The notes under the pieces: generated by a model | Seen by the model: the letters and a program-made list of their open reading frames with translations, nothing else | What the model was told of the DNA's origin: nothing | The model's database searches: none | Source: Lingula anatina | Taxonomy: Eukaryota; Animalia; Brachiopoda | Assembly (NCBI GenBank): GCA_051362555.1 | Contig: CM120644.1 | Location: 8,688,954 to 8,752,953 of the forward strand | DNA length: 64,000 nt | Reading direction: 5' to 3' | In this document: piece by piece, positions 53,201-62,222 of the stretch | How the letters are laid out: each line of letters starts with the position of its first letter | Numbering within the stretch: the stretch's first letter is position 1 | Position numbers and translations under genes: made by a program

Positions 53201-56085
53201 GCAGTTACAGAAATGCATGTTTTATGTTAAATTTAATCACTGTAGACGTTTTATATGATTGTTATTACTTAATTTTGTGTGCGATCAATGCATGCTTAAA
53301 ATCAAGCCCTATTTATTTTAATTATGTTTTTCTGTGATTTCCATGTCTTTCTTCTCACTAGGCTGTGCCTCTCTCTGAACATCTAACCTATCCCAGTGAT
53401 AAAAAGGGACTGTACATATTATTTGAAAGAAAAACATTTTTAGAGACTGCAAACGTATCCATACAGGTAATATGACCATAGTTGGTTTTTAGCTGCAAAT
53501 GAATCCTCTCGCTTTTTTTTTCTTGGCAAAGCTATAACGTCCATCTTTTAAAAAAATCGTATACAATTGATGTTATTGTAGAACGTTCTGCTTTAGGATT
53601 TACTATATTTGTTTAGCTTGTGCTTGTCTATAGCATTTGTTCTTGTTACGTGTGGCTTTCTTACTGGCATATGCGGTGTTGACGAGACTCTACCTACGCT
53701 TATACACAGAGTGCTTACAATAATAATAATAATAATAGTGTTGAATTACCATGCACGTAATCCCCACTTTTCTGTGCTCAGTATCAATTTATTAATGCAG
53801 TTTTGAGTGTTACACATGTAAATTGATTCCATTTGATATAAAGTTAGTATTATATTTTATTTAACATATGATTACACGTTTGTTAGTTCTTAGAAGTTAC
53901 AAAGTAGATGTTTCAGTACAATGTAGTAATTATAGATGTTCCGGCCATGTGCCTTGTTGAGTAGTAAACCAGACTCCTACACTTAATTATGCCTTATGAG
54001 ACAAAACATTCACTTCCTTTTGGGGTCAAAATTCGCTAAAGGTGAATGGTCGAAACATTGAGTTCAACCTTGGACTATTTACCTCCGCCAAGGAATGATT
54101 ACTGTGTAGGAGCTTGGTGCAGTTAGTACAATTAGAACACTAGGTACTGTTTTTAAGTTTTTAGATATGATTAGATAATTATTGTCTTGTGACTCATGCT
54201 AATTTTATATTGGATTTGACATTTCAAGGTATAGGAGTCTCATTTTATGTACAACAGTACGAGTTCTGTGATCACTAAGTATTATGTGATTAGTGAATTG
54301 TACATACCAAGCGTATTACTAAGATTTGTTTTAATGGGCAAAATTTGACTAGCCGGACATGGGCATGTTCGCACAAGCAATATTTTTCAGAATCATACAT
54401 TCTTTTTAAATATTAAAGGTTAATATAGGTTTCCTATATTTTGATCAACGTCTAACAAAGTTGTTCAGTGAAACACCATACTGGCCACTGGTATCCTAAC
54501 TGAATGTTACGGGAAATGACACCCTGTGGGCATTTCATAATTCAAAAGAAATTCTGCAAAATCAATCTTGTCGTTTTTTACATGAAAATGTAAAACTCTT
54601 AAATCCATAAGTCCCAGACATTGACAATGCATGTATATAGTGCAATCACCAGATGTACATTCACGAGTAATCTCGTATATTTTGACGTTACATCACGAGA
54701 TTTCTTTTAATTTTCCGATAGGTTCTGCCCCTAAGTGACCGACAGAAAGCTAATACCAGCATGCTAAGTGACACGGTCAATTTCTCCGTCAGTTGTAAGG
54801 GCTTCAAGGTGGTCAACATCCAGCTGCCGATATTCACAGATGCCATTAAGGGTAAGGGTGCATATTTATTTATTTATTTATTTGTTTATTTTTATAAGAT
54901 AGAAGCTATTGTTGGCGATGTTCCTTCATTCCGTTAGATTTATTAATGTTATCTTATTGAAGGTTAATTTTTGTGCTTGTGATTATACCAAATTTTACCA
55001 TTTGTCTAACCTCTGCCACGTACAAAACACTTACTGGTATCTTTTCAAGGCTCGTATCTATTTGTATAATAAAGAAATTTGGTATTTCAGACGAAGAAGA
55101 GGTTCAAGTTTTCACAAAATATGGCCGTCTTGGTTGGCAGTACTCGGGAATGGCCTACCGGGTGAACAAAGAGAGAAAAGTGCTTAATTTCGTGCTACGC
55201 CTGCCAGACGTAGGGTAAGATTGCGCTTGGGTTACGTCAATTACCCGGTACTTACATATATTATTTTGTTTAAGTTACTCCATGTAGTTAATACTTATGT
55301 TGGCGTACTAAGCCAAGCTTTTGAACATCGGCATTGTGCACAGGCTTTATACCCCCTCTATAATAATCTAAAGTGAATTAGTGTTATGAAAATCATAGCA
55401 ACCAAACGATTAATGTGATATACGGTATTTCGTGGTGATATTTTCGGATGTTAAGACGTGGCATAATAAATTATATGGTTCCCCGTTAAGGTAAGGCACA
55501 AGCAGGTTGAAAATCTTTTGCTTTTTGTTTCAGTGAATACGCCTGGTTTCGTGTGCAACGCGTGAAAAATGACACAGAAGTAAGTGAATTTATACAGAGT
55601 ATACCTTTCTCTCAGTGTGCATGGATGGTATTAAGAAGTGACACACACACGTAGCTCAAAAATAATGATTGTATAAGTACACAGTGTCATTAGAATTATA
55701 ACAAAAATTTTATATTGGTTTAAAAATAACGAACTTATTATTTTTCTACTTTAAGGGAAAGGGGCTCTCACCAAATGATGGAGGTAAGCATAATTTGCTA
55801 GAGATAATTTGCTCCGAGCAATAATCTAAAATGCGACTCCGGTCCGAAAGTGCGTATGTGAACAGCAGAGGAGGATTTAGAGGGGGTGCCAGGGGATCCT
55901 GACCCCCCCCCCCTTCGATTTCTGAAAAATATCATGGCAATATTGCCCTGTTGAAATAAGAATTTTGACTAACTGAATTAAAGCTCAAAACCGTACCAAA
56001 GGGCACCGTTTGTTTGCCCTCCAAAACACCAAAAACTCTTCACCATGGGGTGACAAACGGCTTCGCATCCGAGTGCTGTCATTCA

Positions 56086-56118
<33 letters not shown>

Positions 56119-57005
56119 AGTGATAAATAATAGAAGATAAATAATCCTGGATCCGCTCCTGAACAGAGAATTGTACAAAACATGTTTCAATACAATCGGT
56201 GTACAGTACAATATAACTTCATCATTAAAAAGTAACATAGAATACATCCAACTACTTACTTGTACCTCAATCCTACTTTTTCAGATCCAATAAACGACAG
56301 CCTTCTTGTAAAATTGGCGCCCATGCTTGGAAAAGACTGGGAATCTTTAGCCAAACATATAGGTCTCTCCCCTCAGATATTTACCAATAATTCGGACGAT
56401 GACACCACCAACGCATGCGCAGTACTGCGGAAGTGGTCCCAGTCTGTGCCTATATCCGCTGACAAGGTAAGGCTGTGCGATTATTCCTTGTACTGAAGAA
56501 TCTTAATATTTATCACGCTGCTTTTATTATTTCTTTTTTTTTCATTAATTACCCGTTTACGTGGAACGTCAATGCGACTCTCTTTGTAACAGAGATAGGA
56601 CAATTATGTACAAGAACAGTAGCCTACTACATGTAGTAGGCCTATATCGGGAGCATGGAAAAAAGGAAAGAAAATGTCCCATTTTATAAATTAAATATAT
56701 TTAAATCATTCATTAGTTGTTAATGCTATTTTGCTTGACAGAATGTAATATGTCTTAACGCAATAGTGTTTGTGGCATCCCTGTGGCGTTGTCATGCAAG
56801 AAACATAGTCCAGAAGCACACGAACTTAATGTTGATCTAATTTTTGGTATGAGCAAAGCGTGTAGTTTTTTGATATTACAGATTATCATATTTATGCAAA
56901 ATGTACCGTTATTCATTTCCGTATATATTCCAGGCTTCAACCTTGCAGAAGGTGTTTGGACAAATTGGCCGGCAGGATTTGGCGGCACTTTTGAAACAGT
57001 CATGA
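5809..57005 (+). CDS. Polycystin-1-like (PKD1L-family) receptor, about 3,232 aa in 52 coding exons: SP-(MAM-FN3)x3-CUBx2-Thr stalk-GAIN/degenerate GPS-TM1-PLAT-polycystin TM/TOP/channel-coiled coil-ZU5-like x2-death domain
   Basis: Manually spliced GT-AG exons: 5809-5811, 9203-9242, 10056-10079, 14308-14483, 14973-15200, 15981-16065, 18982-19275, 19899-20098, 20436-20654, 21184-21268, 21574-21864, 22670-22845, 23125-23349, 23490-23574, 23849-24157, 24561-24745, 25497-25647, 25857-26050, 26768-26909, 37999-38157, 38670-38770, 39021-39077, 39274-39390, 39774-39852, 40244-40344, 40740-40964, 41295-41766, 42469-42578, 43153-43386, 43737-43907, 44064-44218, 44617-44802, 45013-45157, 45549-46238, 46537-46654, 46891-47123, 47591-47765, 48349-48444, 48744-49322, 49566-50117, 50321-50625, 50809-51131, 51376-51562, 51715-51858, 52181-52366, 53362-53466, 54722-54851, 55091-55214, 55534-55579, 55756-55783, 56285-56466, 56934-57005 (TGA). 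Intron phases agree at every junction, the total is divisible by 3, and I saw no internal stop. Confidence 0.8.
6000..6040 (+). repeat. (GATA)n microsatellite
   Basis: About 10 perfect gata units. Confidence 0.95.
6847..7011. mobile_element. MITE with 15-bp TIRs and 5-bp TSD
   Basis: caggcccgtagccag ... ctggctacgggactg (1 mismatch), flanked by attta/attta. Confidence 0.7.
9330..9595 (+). repeat. Diverged tandem duplication of an approximately 135-bp intronic unit
   Basis: aaa.cgtttctgg...gtcctca.gacaa...ctatcatttccatttg...gccac.taag...aaccagtt.tatca occurs twice in succession. Confidence 0.6.
10267..10909 (+). mobile_element. Non-autonomous DNA transposon carrying a RecQ-like helicase fragment (AcademH-like)
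   Basis: Perfect 29-bp TIR caccctgagcttcagagataacttgacac, 8-bp TSD ccaaagta, and an internal decayed ORF LKPEQFEALHHYLLRDDVFCVLPTGYGKSLI (RecQ motif 0/I). Confidence 0.8.
11546..11574. repeat. 29-bp palindromic insertion with 7-bp flanking direct repeats
   Basis: gtgcaat|cagggaattatatc-c-gatataattccctg|gtgcaat. Confidence 0.7.
11723..13359. mobile_element. Fold-back Tc1 derivative built from two inverted transposase 3' halves
   Basis: TA|caacattg...caatgttg|TA; long inverted arms; right arm on + reads LHHDSTHAHSSQVVSDLLQ...PSLNPDNKPTEHPWNELK (decayed QDNA..H / SPDLNPIE.LW) and the left arm carries the same region on -. Confidence 0.8.
13995..14229 (+). mobile_element. Helentron-associated (HINE/DINE-like) non-autonomous repeat
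   Basis: actagaaaagcactccgagagcgcagacctccgccaagg ... aatttcatcaaaatcggtccataactttt ... gacaaacaatcagac ... aacctccttggtgttggtaa, with sub-terminal inverted repeats; an isolated end motif ttacctccgccaagg also occurs at about 54079. Confidence 0.6.
14308..24157 (+). CDS. Three tandem MAM + fibronectin type III modules (12 exons)
   Basis: MAM motifs CDFD..CG, FDW.R..GSTP...TGP..DHTTG..YY.Y.E, C.SFWY.AYG..LG and DI.IDD occur three times. FN3 motifs occur three times (e.g. LSWDPP...VSGLNPDSNYVFAVYA; IQWTAP...LTGLAAYSMWTFSI; LSWTAA...ISGLESGTHYTFVVTP). Confidence 0.92.
15362..15532. mobile_element. Short palindromic MITE-like element
   Basis: aataactctaatactagaacttacattt is inverted to aaatgtaagttccagtattacagttatt, and the inner segments are also partly complementary. 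Confidence 0.5.
16718..18384 (-). mobile_element. Tc1-family DNA transposon with decayed DD34E-type transposase
   Basis: TA-flanked 27-bp TIRs cagggtt(g/a)c(t/c)acttaatatggaatatt; minus-strand fragments from ATG at about 18059: RRPVGKPLLT..H...CLQWA...WNHVVFRDE, YQDDCATPH, WPANSPDMNPIENLW; broken by stops and frameshifts. Confidence 0.93.
20875..21530. repeat. Cluster of (TA)n microsatellites
   Basis: Runs at about 20875-20900, 20919-20952, 21153-21182 and 21479-21530. Confidence 0.9.
24561..26909 (+). CDS. Two CUB domains (4 exons)
   Basis: GFITSTNFPSNYNSSQECTW...FAVEDGYDFVKI...VTFESDHDTEERGFNLTF and GTIEPEGYPVAY...LNFTDFDLQDSSNCSSDYLQV...FCGNSLP...LVFHSDGITQGRGFSVTF. Confidence 0.9.
27084..27586 (-). 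repeat. 3' LTR
   Basis: Direct repeat of 37105-37607 with 4 substitutions seen; preceded on the minus strand by PPT gaagagagggtg (27589-27600). Confidence 0.95.
28982..31404 (-). CDS. env: Env: F-type (baculovirus F/errantivirus-like) fusion glycoprotein; 693-aa ORF plus an in-frame 109-aa extension after a single TAA
   Basis: Signal-like MKILITICMLTVTVSVA, furin site RSQR followed by fusion peptide SLLPLGNFFKNLFGVSSESD, heptad region, GQLSPLLVS, Cys-rich region, two C-terminal hydrophobic helices; frame continues past the TAA at 29312-29314 into ORF 28982-29251. Confidence 0.88.
31575..35366 (-). pseudogene. pol: Pol (PR-RT-RNase H-integrase-chromodomain) with two frameshifts and an in-frame loss of the integrase HHCC finger
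   Basis: ALVDTGA, IIGMDFL; YRFAIDYRKLN, YIDDIL; TDAS, ELECLAVV, FTDNK; HMDILGP, SDRG..F, HPQTNAVCER, GPY; C-terminal YEVERLL...YKVKWKNY..PTWEPEENI. One extra A at about 35003-35010 and one missing A at about 34075. Confidence 0.93.
35367..37064 (-). CDS. gag: Gag, 565 aa
   Basis: S/T/P-rich N-terminus, capsid-like PEKFKG...EDADRWL..F...LTDAALDWY...LKEEF...QLPGEPV..Y, and two CCHC knuckles (CLSCGKYTHLRRNC, CFVCNRVGHISKIC). Confidence 0.93.
   Translation of the reverse strand: MQGENPADWSPPAANTRQAVEKKKIEGLEGKTSERLPKQTIKFYTRTPNFSPAPSITKEKCVRSKLSRRNLLLSSDSSDDEEIQTTHQINVNTQSETVGNSAFSIVDQCVPTNLELYESKIETGAKFSLSLTSVVNPTAIAIPKPTTITTQISELPGQTDPSPIAPSHLSSSVTKKQTTTTSKIQLPETICPPQKTHQQSIAAPLNSSSTAPSPQFISAATTKKNNNSQLPGDPVSTYLKSPEIFRKTLGRKIKTLENMSSDWSLAPEKFKGNGQEDADRWLDHFKNYINFKALDHDQIISIFPLLLTDAALDWYETLAEEVKQEWRNLKEEFLNRYRPRNTETWSITSKLFKRQQLPGEPVQNYIASMRHDAKLAQLDEKITLTAIVNGLLPQIRPFVVQQEPRDLDQLMSQARLAENAVQPSSIKQNVDLMEVTAKIDALGAQMSQVINATRRAEVHIMGTSQRETQTLMRPRGQQTGAFYRARNRYIGNRRRGDFQDSMHRENKQSGPRSGQRSEEEGFPMCLSCGKYTHLRRNCYARNLKCFVCNRVGHISKICYYARANK
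37084..37102 (-). promoter_or_regulatory. Primer-binding site resembling the complement of tRNA-Ala 3' end
   Basis: Minus strand TGGTGGAAGAAATCGATCC compared with the tRNA-Ala(AGC) complement TGGTGGAGAATGCGGGCATCGATCC (recalled from memory; gapped match). Confidence 0.55.
37105..37607 (-). repeat. 5' LTR
   Basis: Direct repeat of 27084-27586; followed on the minus strand, after 2 nt, by a TGG-starting PBS. Confidence 0.95.
37999..43386 (+). CDS. Thr-rich stalk, GAIN-like region with two furin motifs, degenerate GPS and first TM helix
   Basis: TTTEALTTT... exon; RKRRS (40315-40329) and KRRRRS (41703-41720); W...W and SFAAGLFEPPNTIDF (the PKD1L post-GPS PPN.IDF motif); hydrophobic VFGFLIALIVIYILTIFYC followed by RWKDKKD. 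Confidence 0.85.
43737..50117 (+). CDS. PLAT/LH2 domain and polycystin multi-pass membrane/channel region
   Basis: YYYRISVQT...ANIFFILHGENGKT, LGRLKYMQVWIDDTGPSPHW, FFDDHLWVSIFSRPTTSRFTRVQRLS, YSLQWGKEKSLGWL...QPVK, RLGPLRVRQVR, LKQNNWLDKYTRAVFVEFT, MNFILLNLFISII are all typical polycystin-1-like motifs. Confidence 0.95.
50173..50209 (+). repeat. (CT)n microsatellite in the intron after the last TM exon
   Basis: Perfect ct run. Confidence 0.9.
50321..55579 (+). CDS. Cytoplasmic tail: linker, coiled coil and tandem ZU5-like domains (DTHD1/PIDD/ankyrin-like)
   Basis: Heptad-rich LEAELQDTRNEIEIRKRENTKLRDQLAKAQNVI; then VIGQVIAL...LFLGIP...W...RFAAVHLYDRQSFKISPAGGVV...FIMTFEQKTF...VSLQ...LSDTV...VNIQLP...GW, resembling a ZU5-ZU5 pair by eye. 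Confidence 0.6.
52590..52855. mobile_element. MITE, same family as 55866-56161
   Basis: Ends ggatccgcccctg; shares internal aattttgact...aaaccgtaccaaa.ggcaccgtttg...ccctccaaaacaccaaaa with the second copy; left end degenerate. Confidence 0.6.
55866..56161. mobile_element. MITE with CAG...CTG ends and 5-bp TSD
   Basis: aacag|cagaggaggatttag ... ctggatccgctcctg|aacag; internal similarity to 52590-52855. Confidence 0.65.
56285..57005 (+). CDS. C-terminal death domain (last two coding exons)
   Basis: LLVKLAPMLGKDWESLAKHIGLS...ACAVLRKW...ASTLQKVFGQIGRQDLAALL* fits the death-fold pattern LG.DW..LA..LG, L..W, L..IGR.DL. Confidence 0.85.
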
Positions 57006-59191
57006 ACTTGGCATTCGAACTGGGCTCATTATAGCTCATGAAGCATTTCATCAACGAAGTCTTTGCATAAGAACATCTACTATAATGCACTCATTGTAAC
57101 ATGCCATATATATGTATGCCGTGCTTCTTAGTACCCAACAGTTCACTAACCACGAATTAGAACGTTAACCGTACCCTTAACTGTGGCAGTCAGGGCAGTT
57201 GTAATACTGAGGAGAGAGTTGAAAGTCGCAAAGAAGATGGAAAGATACCTTCCCTTCACAGGTTTGGTTTAGAAAAAAAAAGAGAACATTTCCTCACATG
57301 GGAATTCTAGACATTAAACTGATGTGACTGGACACAGAAAAGAGGGGGAATCGGGCTTATATATCCTCGTTTTTTACCGATACTGCAGACTTATTTGATC
57401 ACAGTGCAATATCATCTTTTTATTGTAAATATGCATGTAGGCTATAAAAAACCATATTATGTCTTGTATTAACAAAGGTAAAAATGATATAGAAAACTTT
57501 ATGAATAATGCTTCTGTAAAAGTAAATCACCGAAATGCTGCCTTACTTGCCCCTTACATTAATTTATTTGAAAGCTCATTGACGTGCTTAATCATCTGTA
57601 TACAGTACGAGATAGCGTGGTAGATATATAAACGTGTATTGATGACATCTTATCAATTAAGGTTACATTAATGTGTATCAGACAGAAGCTACTGACTATG
57701 ATAATAGATATTTGCATTTTAATAATTATGAATGTGTTCATCTACATTAATATTGGAAAAAAAACCCGTAATACCCCATACTAAGATACCACCAGTACGA
57801 CTAATGTAACGCTAGAATTTTAAAAAAACCTTCCTATGTGCCAAAAAATACGCACAAATTGCACACGTGGAAACTCTGTACATGGACATTCCCAGAACTT
57901 AGTTACTAAAACTGTAACTCACACTGGCACCAAAGAAAGTGTTAAATAAGAAAGGATCTGCATGTTCCTTGGTTAAACTCCAAATTTCGGGAAGTTCGGT
58001 CAACCACTGTGAAGTGATTGTTGATCTTTTTAACTTGCTGGGGGAGGGGGGGGAGGAGAAATATACTAACACCGGTGACTATAATCATTTCTCTTTGGTG
58101 CCAGACTGCACAATGGCCAACTCTGCTTGCACAACCTGACTGCATATTAATTTTACGTTCCAATTTTCATACTAACTTTCACGTAGAAAATTTCTGCATC
58201 AAATAACTGTGACAACCTCTCGCGGGCGATGTACAGTGTAGTTAGTTGTGTACATCTTATAGGTCGGTGTGACAGGAATGGTGCCTTGGTCTCATTAGAC
58301 CAGTGCAGGTTAGGGTATGCAGGACATGTCGTGGTCATGGGAAACAGATTAAGGTGCTTAGTGGACTACCATGTCTGTCACACCGGCATATTTACCAAAG
58401 ATGGATGCTTAAGATATATAATATATTATTATTCTTATATTCTTCAAGATGCGTATTTATTTAAAAAAATAAAGATTTAAATATGTTTTGAAATAAAACA
58501 GCGTTTGTTCAATTCTGTTTCAATATTTTTTTACTTACGTCCCAAACATACGGTGCGTAGGTACCGGTACATTCCCCCCCCCCCCTCCACTCCTACATCC
58601 TGAGGTGTGCTCCAAATTAGCATAAAATTTTAAGTCTTAGCAAAGACATCTAAGTATCTACTCGGCTATATAAGTTACTCATATATTTCGACCAATAGCC
58701 AAATGGATGCTTTTCCTCTTCCCGTCGATCTTTGTAGTGCGTCTTAAGAGCAAACTGGGATAACCACAGCAATAAGTTTTAATCTCAGTGCATGGTGACA
58801 TTCGCCCATCTACTACTGTAGACAAAGCATTGACCATGCAGTAAAAGACTATAAAATCTGGACTTCCAATGTTAAACAGTGAACAGGCTGTAGTGGAAAA
58901 GGGATAACATTTCGTTTGCAGAGTAAAAACAAATGATTGCGATTTCTGCCTCATGACCAGAACATTTTAATAGATATATCAATAAAGAATTAAGATCAGT
59001 GCTGCCGTTTCAAGATGCCGCCAGCGCCAATAACGGCCGGAGGTCATCAAGTACTCAAGAGATAGGTAGCTTACTTGTAGCACAATGCTGGCGCTGCTTA
59101 ATACTCATAGGTCAGAAACTCCCATCCAATTGTTAATCATTGACTGATAATAGTTTATGTCACTAAGATATATTGTAGTTATATGTAAGTA

Positions 59192-59229
<38 letters not shown>

Positions 59230-59529
59230 GTCCTACCCCCTCCCAACCCTGCCATATCAAAACAAACAAACAAAAAAATGAATAGTATAACGAACGAAAA
59301 TAGGTAAACCCAAATATTATCCATCCCTTACTGTGCGCTTCTTTAATTTGAGAAAAAAATGCTTGCTTCGCTTCGCTCGACATCCCTTATCCTTGTGCCC
59401 CGCCCCGCCCACTACTTAACAAAGTCCGTGGTTCACCACTAGCGTCTAGCTATAGCTTCACTGGCTTATTTCAGTTCATTCGTATGATAACCATTGCAGG
59501 GTTGAGTCGTTGTATAGTGCTTCATCACA

Positions 59530-60365
59530 ATGACTTCACTAAAGTTCTCCGCACTTATTCTGGTACAGGTAGCGTGGCTAGCCTTCGTAACGTGCGATGT
59601 AAATGTCTCACCGACATTTACCGAAATCACGGACCGTGTCAAGTCGTTGGAAGCTTACTATACCAGCCTGGCCCTCTGGGTGGAGGGACTGGAGGTTGAG
59701 ACCCGTCAAATAGGCAAAGCAAGCGGAAAATCGAGTTTGTGATTTTTTTCCTTGTATATTGGTGATACACATATCGGTATCTTTATATATACCTGGTATA
59801 ATATCTTTATAAAATTTTCAGATTCATTCTGATAAAAACGCAACAAAATGTGAACATATTTTGCTTATTACAGCAGACACATGAATCGCCAGTTAGCAGT
59901 CCTGTGTTTTTATATAATAGCACTGGATAATCTGCTGGCTTTTTTTCAGATGTGCCTGTGCCGGTTGTTGCATTTTCGACACAACTGACCAAATCTCTAC
60001 AAGTAAGTGTAAACGACAACATCGTGTTCTCTGGCGTTATCCTTAACACTGGAAATGCGTACGATCCAGCAACTGGACGCTTTACTTGCCCTGTTAACGG
60101 CACTTACTTCTTTACGGCAACCATTCTGACGTCATCCAACGGGGGAAGAGTAGAGCTCAAGTTGGTCAGCAGCAAGAAACCGGGAAATACTCTGATGCTT
60201 CTCCTTGCTACCAGCCATACCGACCACAACAGCGGGTCCAATTCTGTAATCTTTCAGTGTGAGAAAGGGGAGAAAGTTTACTTACAAGTCAACCACGTTG
60301 GTGCACCGAGTCCAACTTTGTGGAACTATTGGTCCACATTCTCTGGATATCTCATCGCCATATAA
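59530..60365 (+). CDS. Secreted C1q-domain-containing protein (signal peptide, coiled coil, gC1q), copy 1; exons 59530-59734 and 59950-60365
   Basis: MTSLKFSALILVQVAWLAF signal, ITDRVKSLEA...VEGLEVETR coil, VAFS...IVFSGVILNTGNAYDPATGRFTCPVNGTYFF...GSNSVI...GEKVYL...STFSGYLI; phase-1 intron; AATAAA at about 60528. Confidence 0.93.
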
Positions 60366-61085
60366 AACGAAAGAGAAAGCGAATGTGACATAATTTTGAA
60401 ATTTTGACATCACAGTAAACTTGTCATTTACTCCTTGATTGTTATTTAATTTACACGAATGGTCAGTTATCTTATTGTGACCGCAAGTTGATTATCATTA
60501 CACCCGTTAGCATGCGGGTACTCGTACAATAAAACAAATTGAAATTTTTTGAAACGAACTGTTTCAACTGCTTTTGGATTGTGTTCAAGGAACCGCCATT
60601 TGTTCTGAATATTCCTCAACATTGACTGGGTAAATTCGGTAACCCCGAGATCCCCGCAGAGGGCACCAAAAGGTCTCCCCGACGAGGCCTCAAGTCAACT
60701 CAGAGGAAAATGCAATGTATCTAAACCGCGTATACTGCATGTAATAATACTAAAAAGCATTACTTCATAAGTTGAAGGGGTGGACTTTTGTTTTACTTTT
60801 GGCGGCCATTTTGGATTCCCTTATATCAAAAGAAGGGGCTAAGACACTGCATCCATACCAAACATTCAAGGGCCAAATGAGACCAGGGTGTCTTTTAGGA
60901 TTGCTTTTTTCTCTAGATGTACTGATCTAACCACAAGATATCAGGATCGCTGTTATCTATTTCTTTACTCAACTGATTTCTCTATAATTCGCTGAGAGGG
61001 GTACGTTTAGGCGAGACCAAGCCGAATAGTTATACAGGCCTATATGTACGAGAAGGGGAGTCTTGATATTTTTACGCATGGAAAA

Positions 61086-61410
61086 TCGAAAGGAATACAG
61101 AAAATGATGTGGTTAGAGTGTCCGCCTCCGGAGCGGGAGGACGTGGGTTCAACCCCGTCCGGGGACATACCAGTCCTTTATAAACGGTACCTGCTGTCTC
61201 CCCGCTTGTCACTCAGCACTAAGGGGTTGAAGCAGGGTCCTGGTCTGGCAGTGGAAAAATAGTTGTTAGTTTGTTAGCTTTGAGCGCCTAATATGGCAGC
61301 CGGGCTGTACCCTCCCCAGGAAGGCGAGAACGAATATAGTGTGCAACAGGGCCAAAAAAATGACCAGGGATCTCTGACTTAAAATACATAATAATAATAA
61401 TAATAAATAG
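61086..61410 (+). mobile_element. tRNA-derived SINE
   Basis: tRNA-like head tggttagagtgtccgcctccggagcgggaggacgtgggttcaaccccg (partial A box, B box GGTTCAACCC) without an acceptor stem, followed by a body of about 250 bp and an (AAT)n tail. Confidence 0.7.
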
Positions 61411-61461
61411 ATTAAAAAAGTGTATAACTTCAACCTTCGGGTTGCGATGTTTCAATAAAAG

Positions 61462-61506
<45 letters not shown>

Positions 61507-61630
61507 GCCAGGCGGCTTTCTTCGTCTACTCGTTTTCGTCTTGGTTTTCGCCCACTCAACATAGATATTGCTTGGAGATTCTACTTCCCATGGTTTATTA
61601 CATGACGTTTAAACACAACTTCTGTATATA

Positions 61631-62222
61631 CAGGGTGACACACAAAAAAACGGTCTTCATCTAAACTTGAATAACCTTTGAAATAAATATTCAATTCCTT
61701 TTATTTTTCAGATTTATCAAGAAAAATTAATGTTCTAAGAGTCTACCAAATTCGACCTTCGAGATGCCATGGACTACTGAGGAAAAGACATTTATAGTTG
61801 CTTGAGCTGCGGACAACAGAGTCTCTGACTGCAGCAATGTTGTGTGGTGTCCTTGATGATTTCGGTCGTCCAGAGTGTGATTGTGAGTGTCTTTACAATA
61901 TTGAGGTTATGCACAGTCTCATGGGTTCTGAACTTGTTGACCCATCTGTAGATCATTGAGTGGACAGGAAATTCTCGACATCTGAACCGTTCTTTGAATT
62001 GCAATTGAGCTGCGTGGATAGACTATAACCGAAAATATGCCTCAACTATAAATGTCTTTTCCTCAGTAGTCCATGGCATCTCGAAGGTCGAATTTGGTAG
62101 ACTCTTAGAACATTAATTTGTCTTGATAAATCTGAAAAATAAAAGGAATTGATAATTTATTTTAAAAGTTATTCAAGGTGATATTAAGTGATGACCGTTT
62201 TTTTTTTTTCTGTGTCATCCTG
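61631..62222. mobile_element. Fold-back mariner-type derivative built from two inverted 5' ends
   Basis: TA|cagggtgacaca...tgtgtcatcctg|TA; near-identical inverted arms of about 170 bp, each including the transposase start; minus strand MPWTTEEKTFIVEAYFRL*SIHAAQLQFKERF...IYRWVNKFRTHETV (DUF4817-like HTH). Confidence 0.85.

Noticed and set aside
58265-58385. 11-bp inverted repeat cggtgtgacag...ctgtcacaccg as a structured RNA or MITE
   Set aside because: Short, no TSD and no further pairing seen
61086-61160. tRNA gene
   Set aside because: No acceptor stem or terminator, and it continues into a repeat body, so it is called a SINE head
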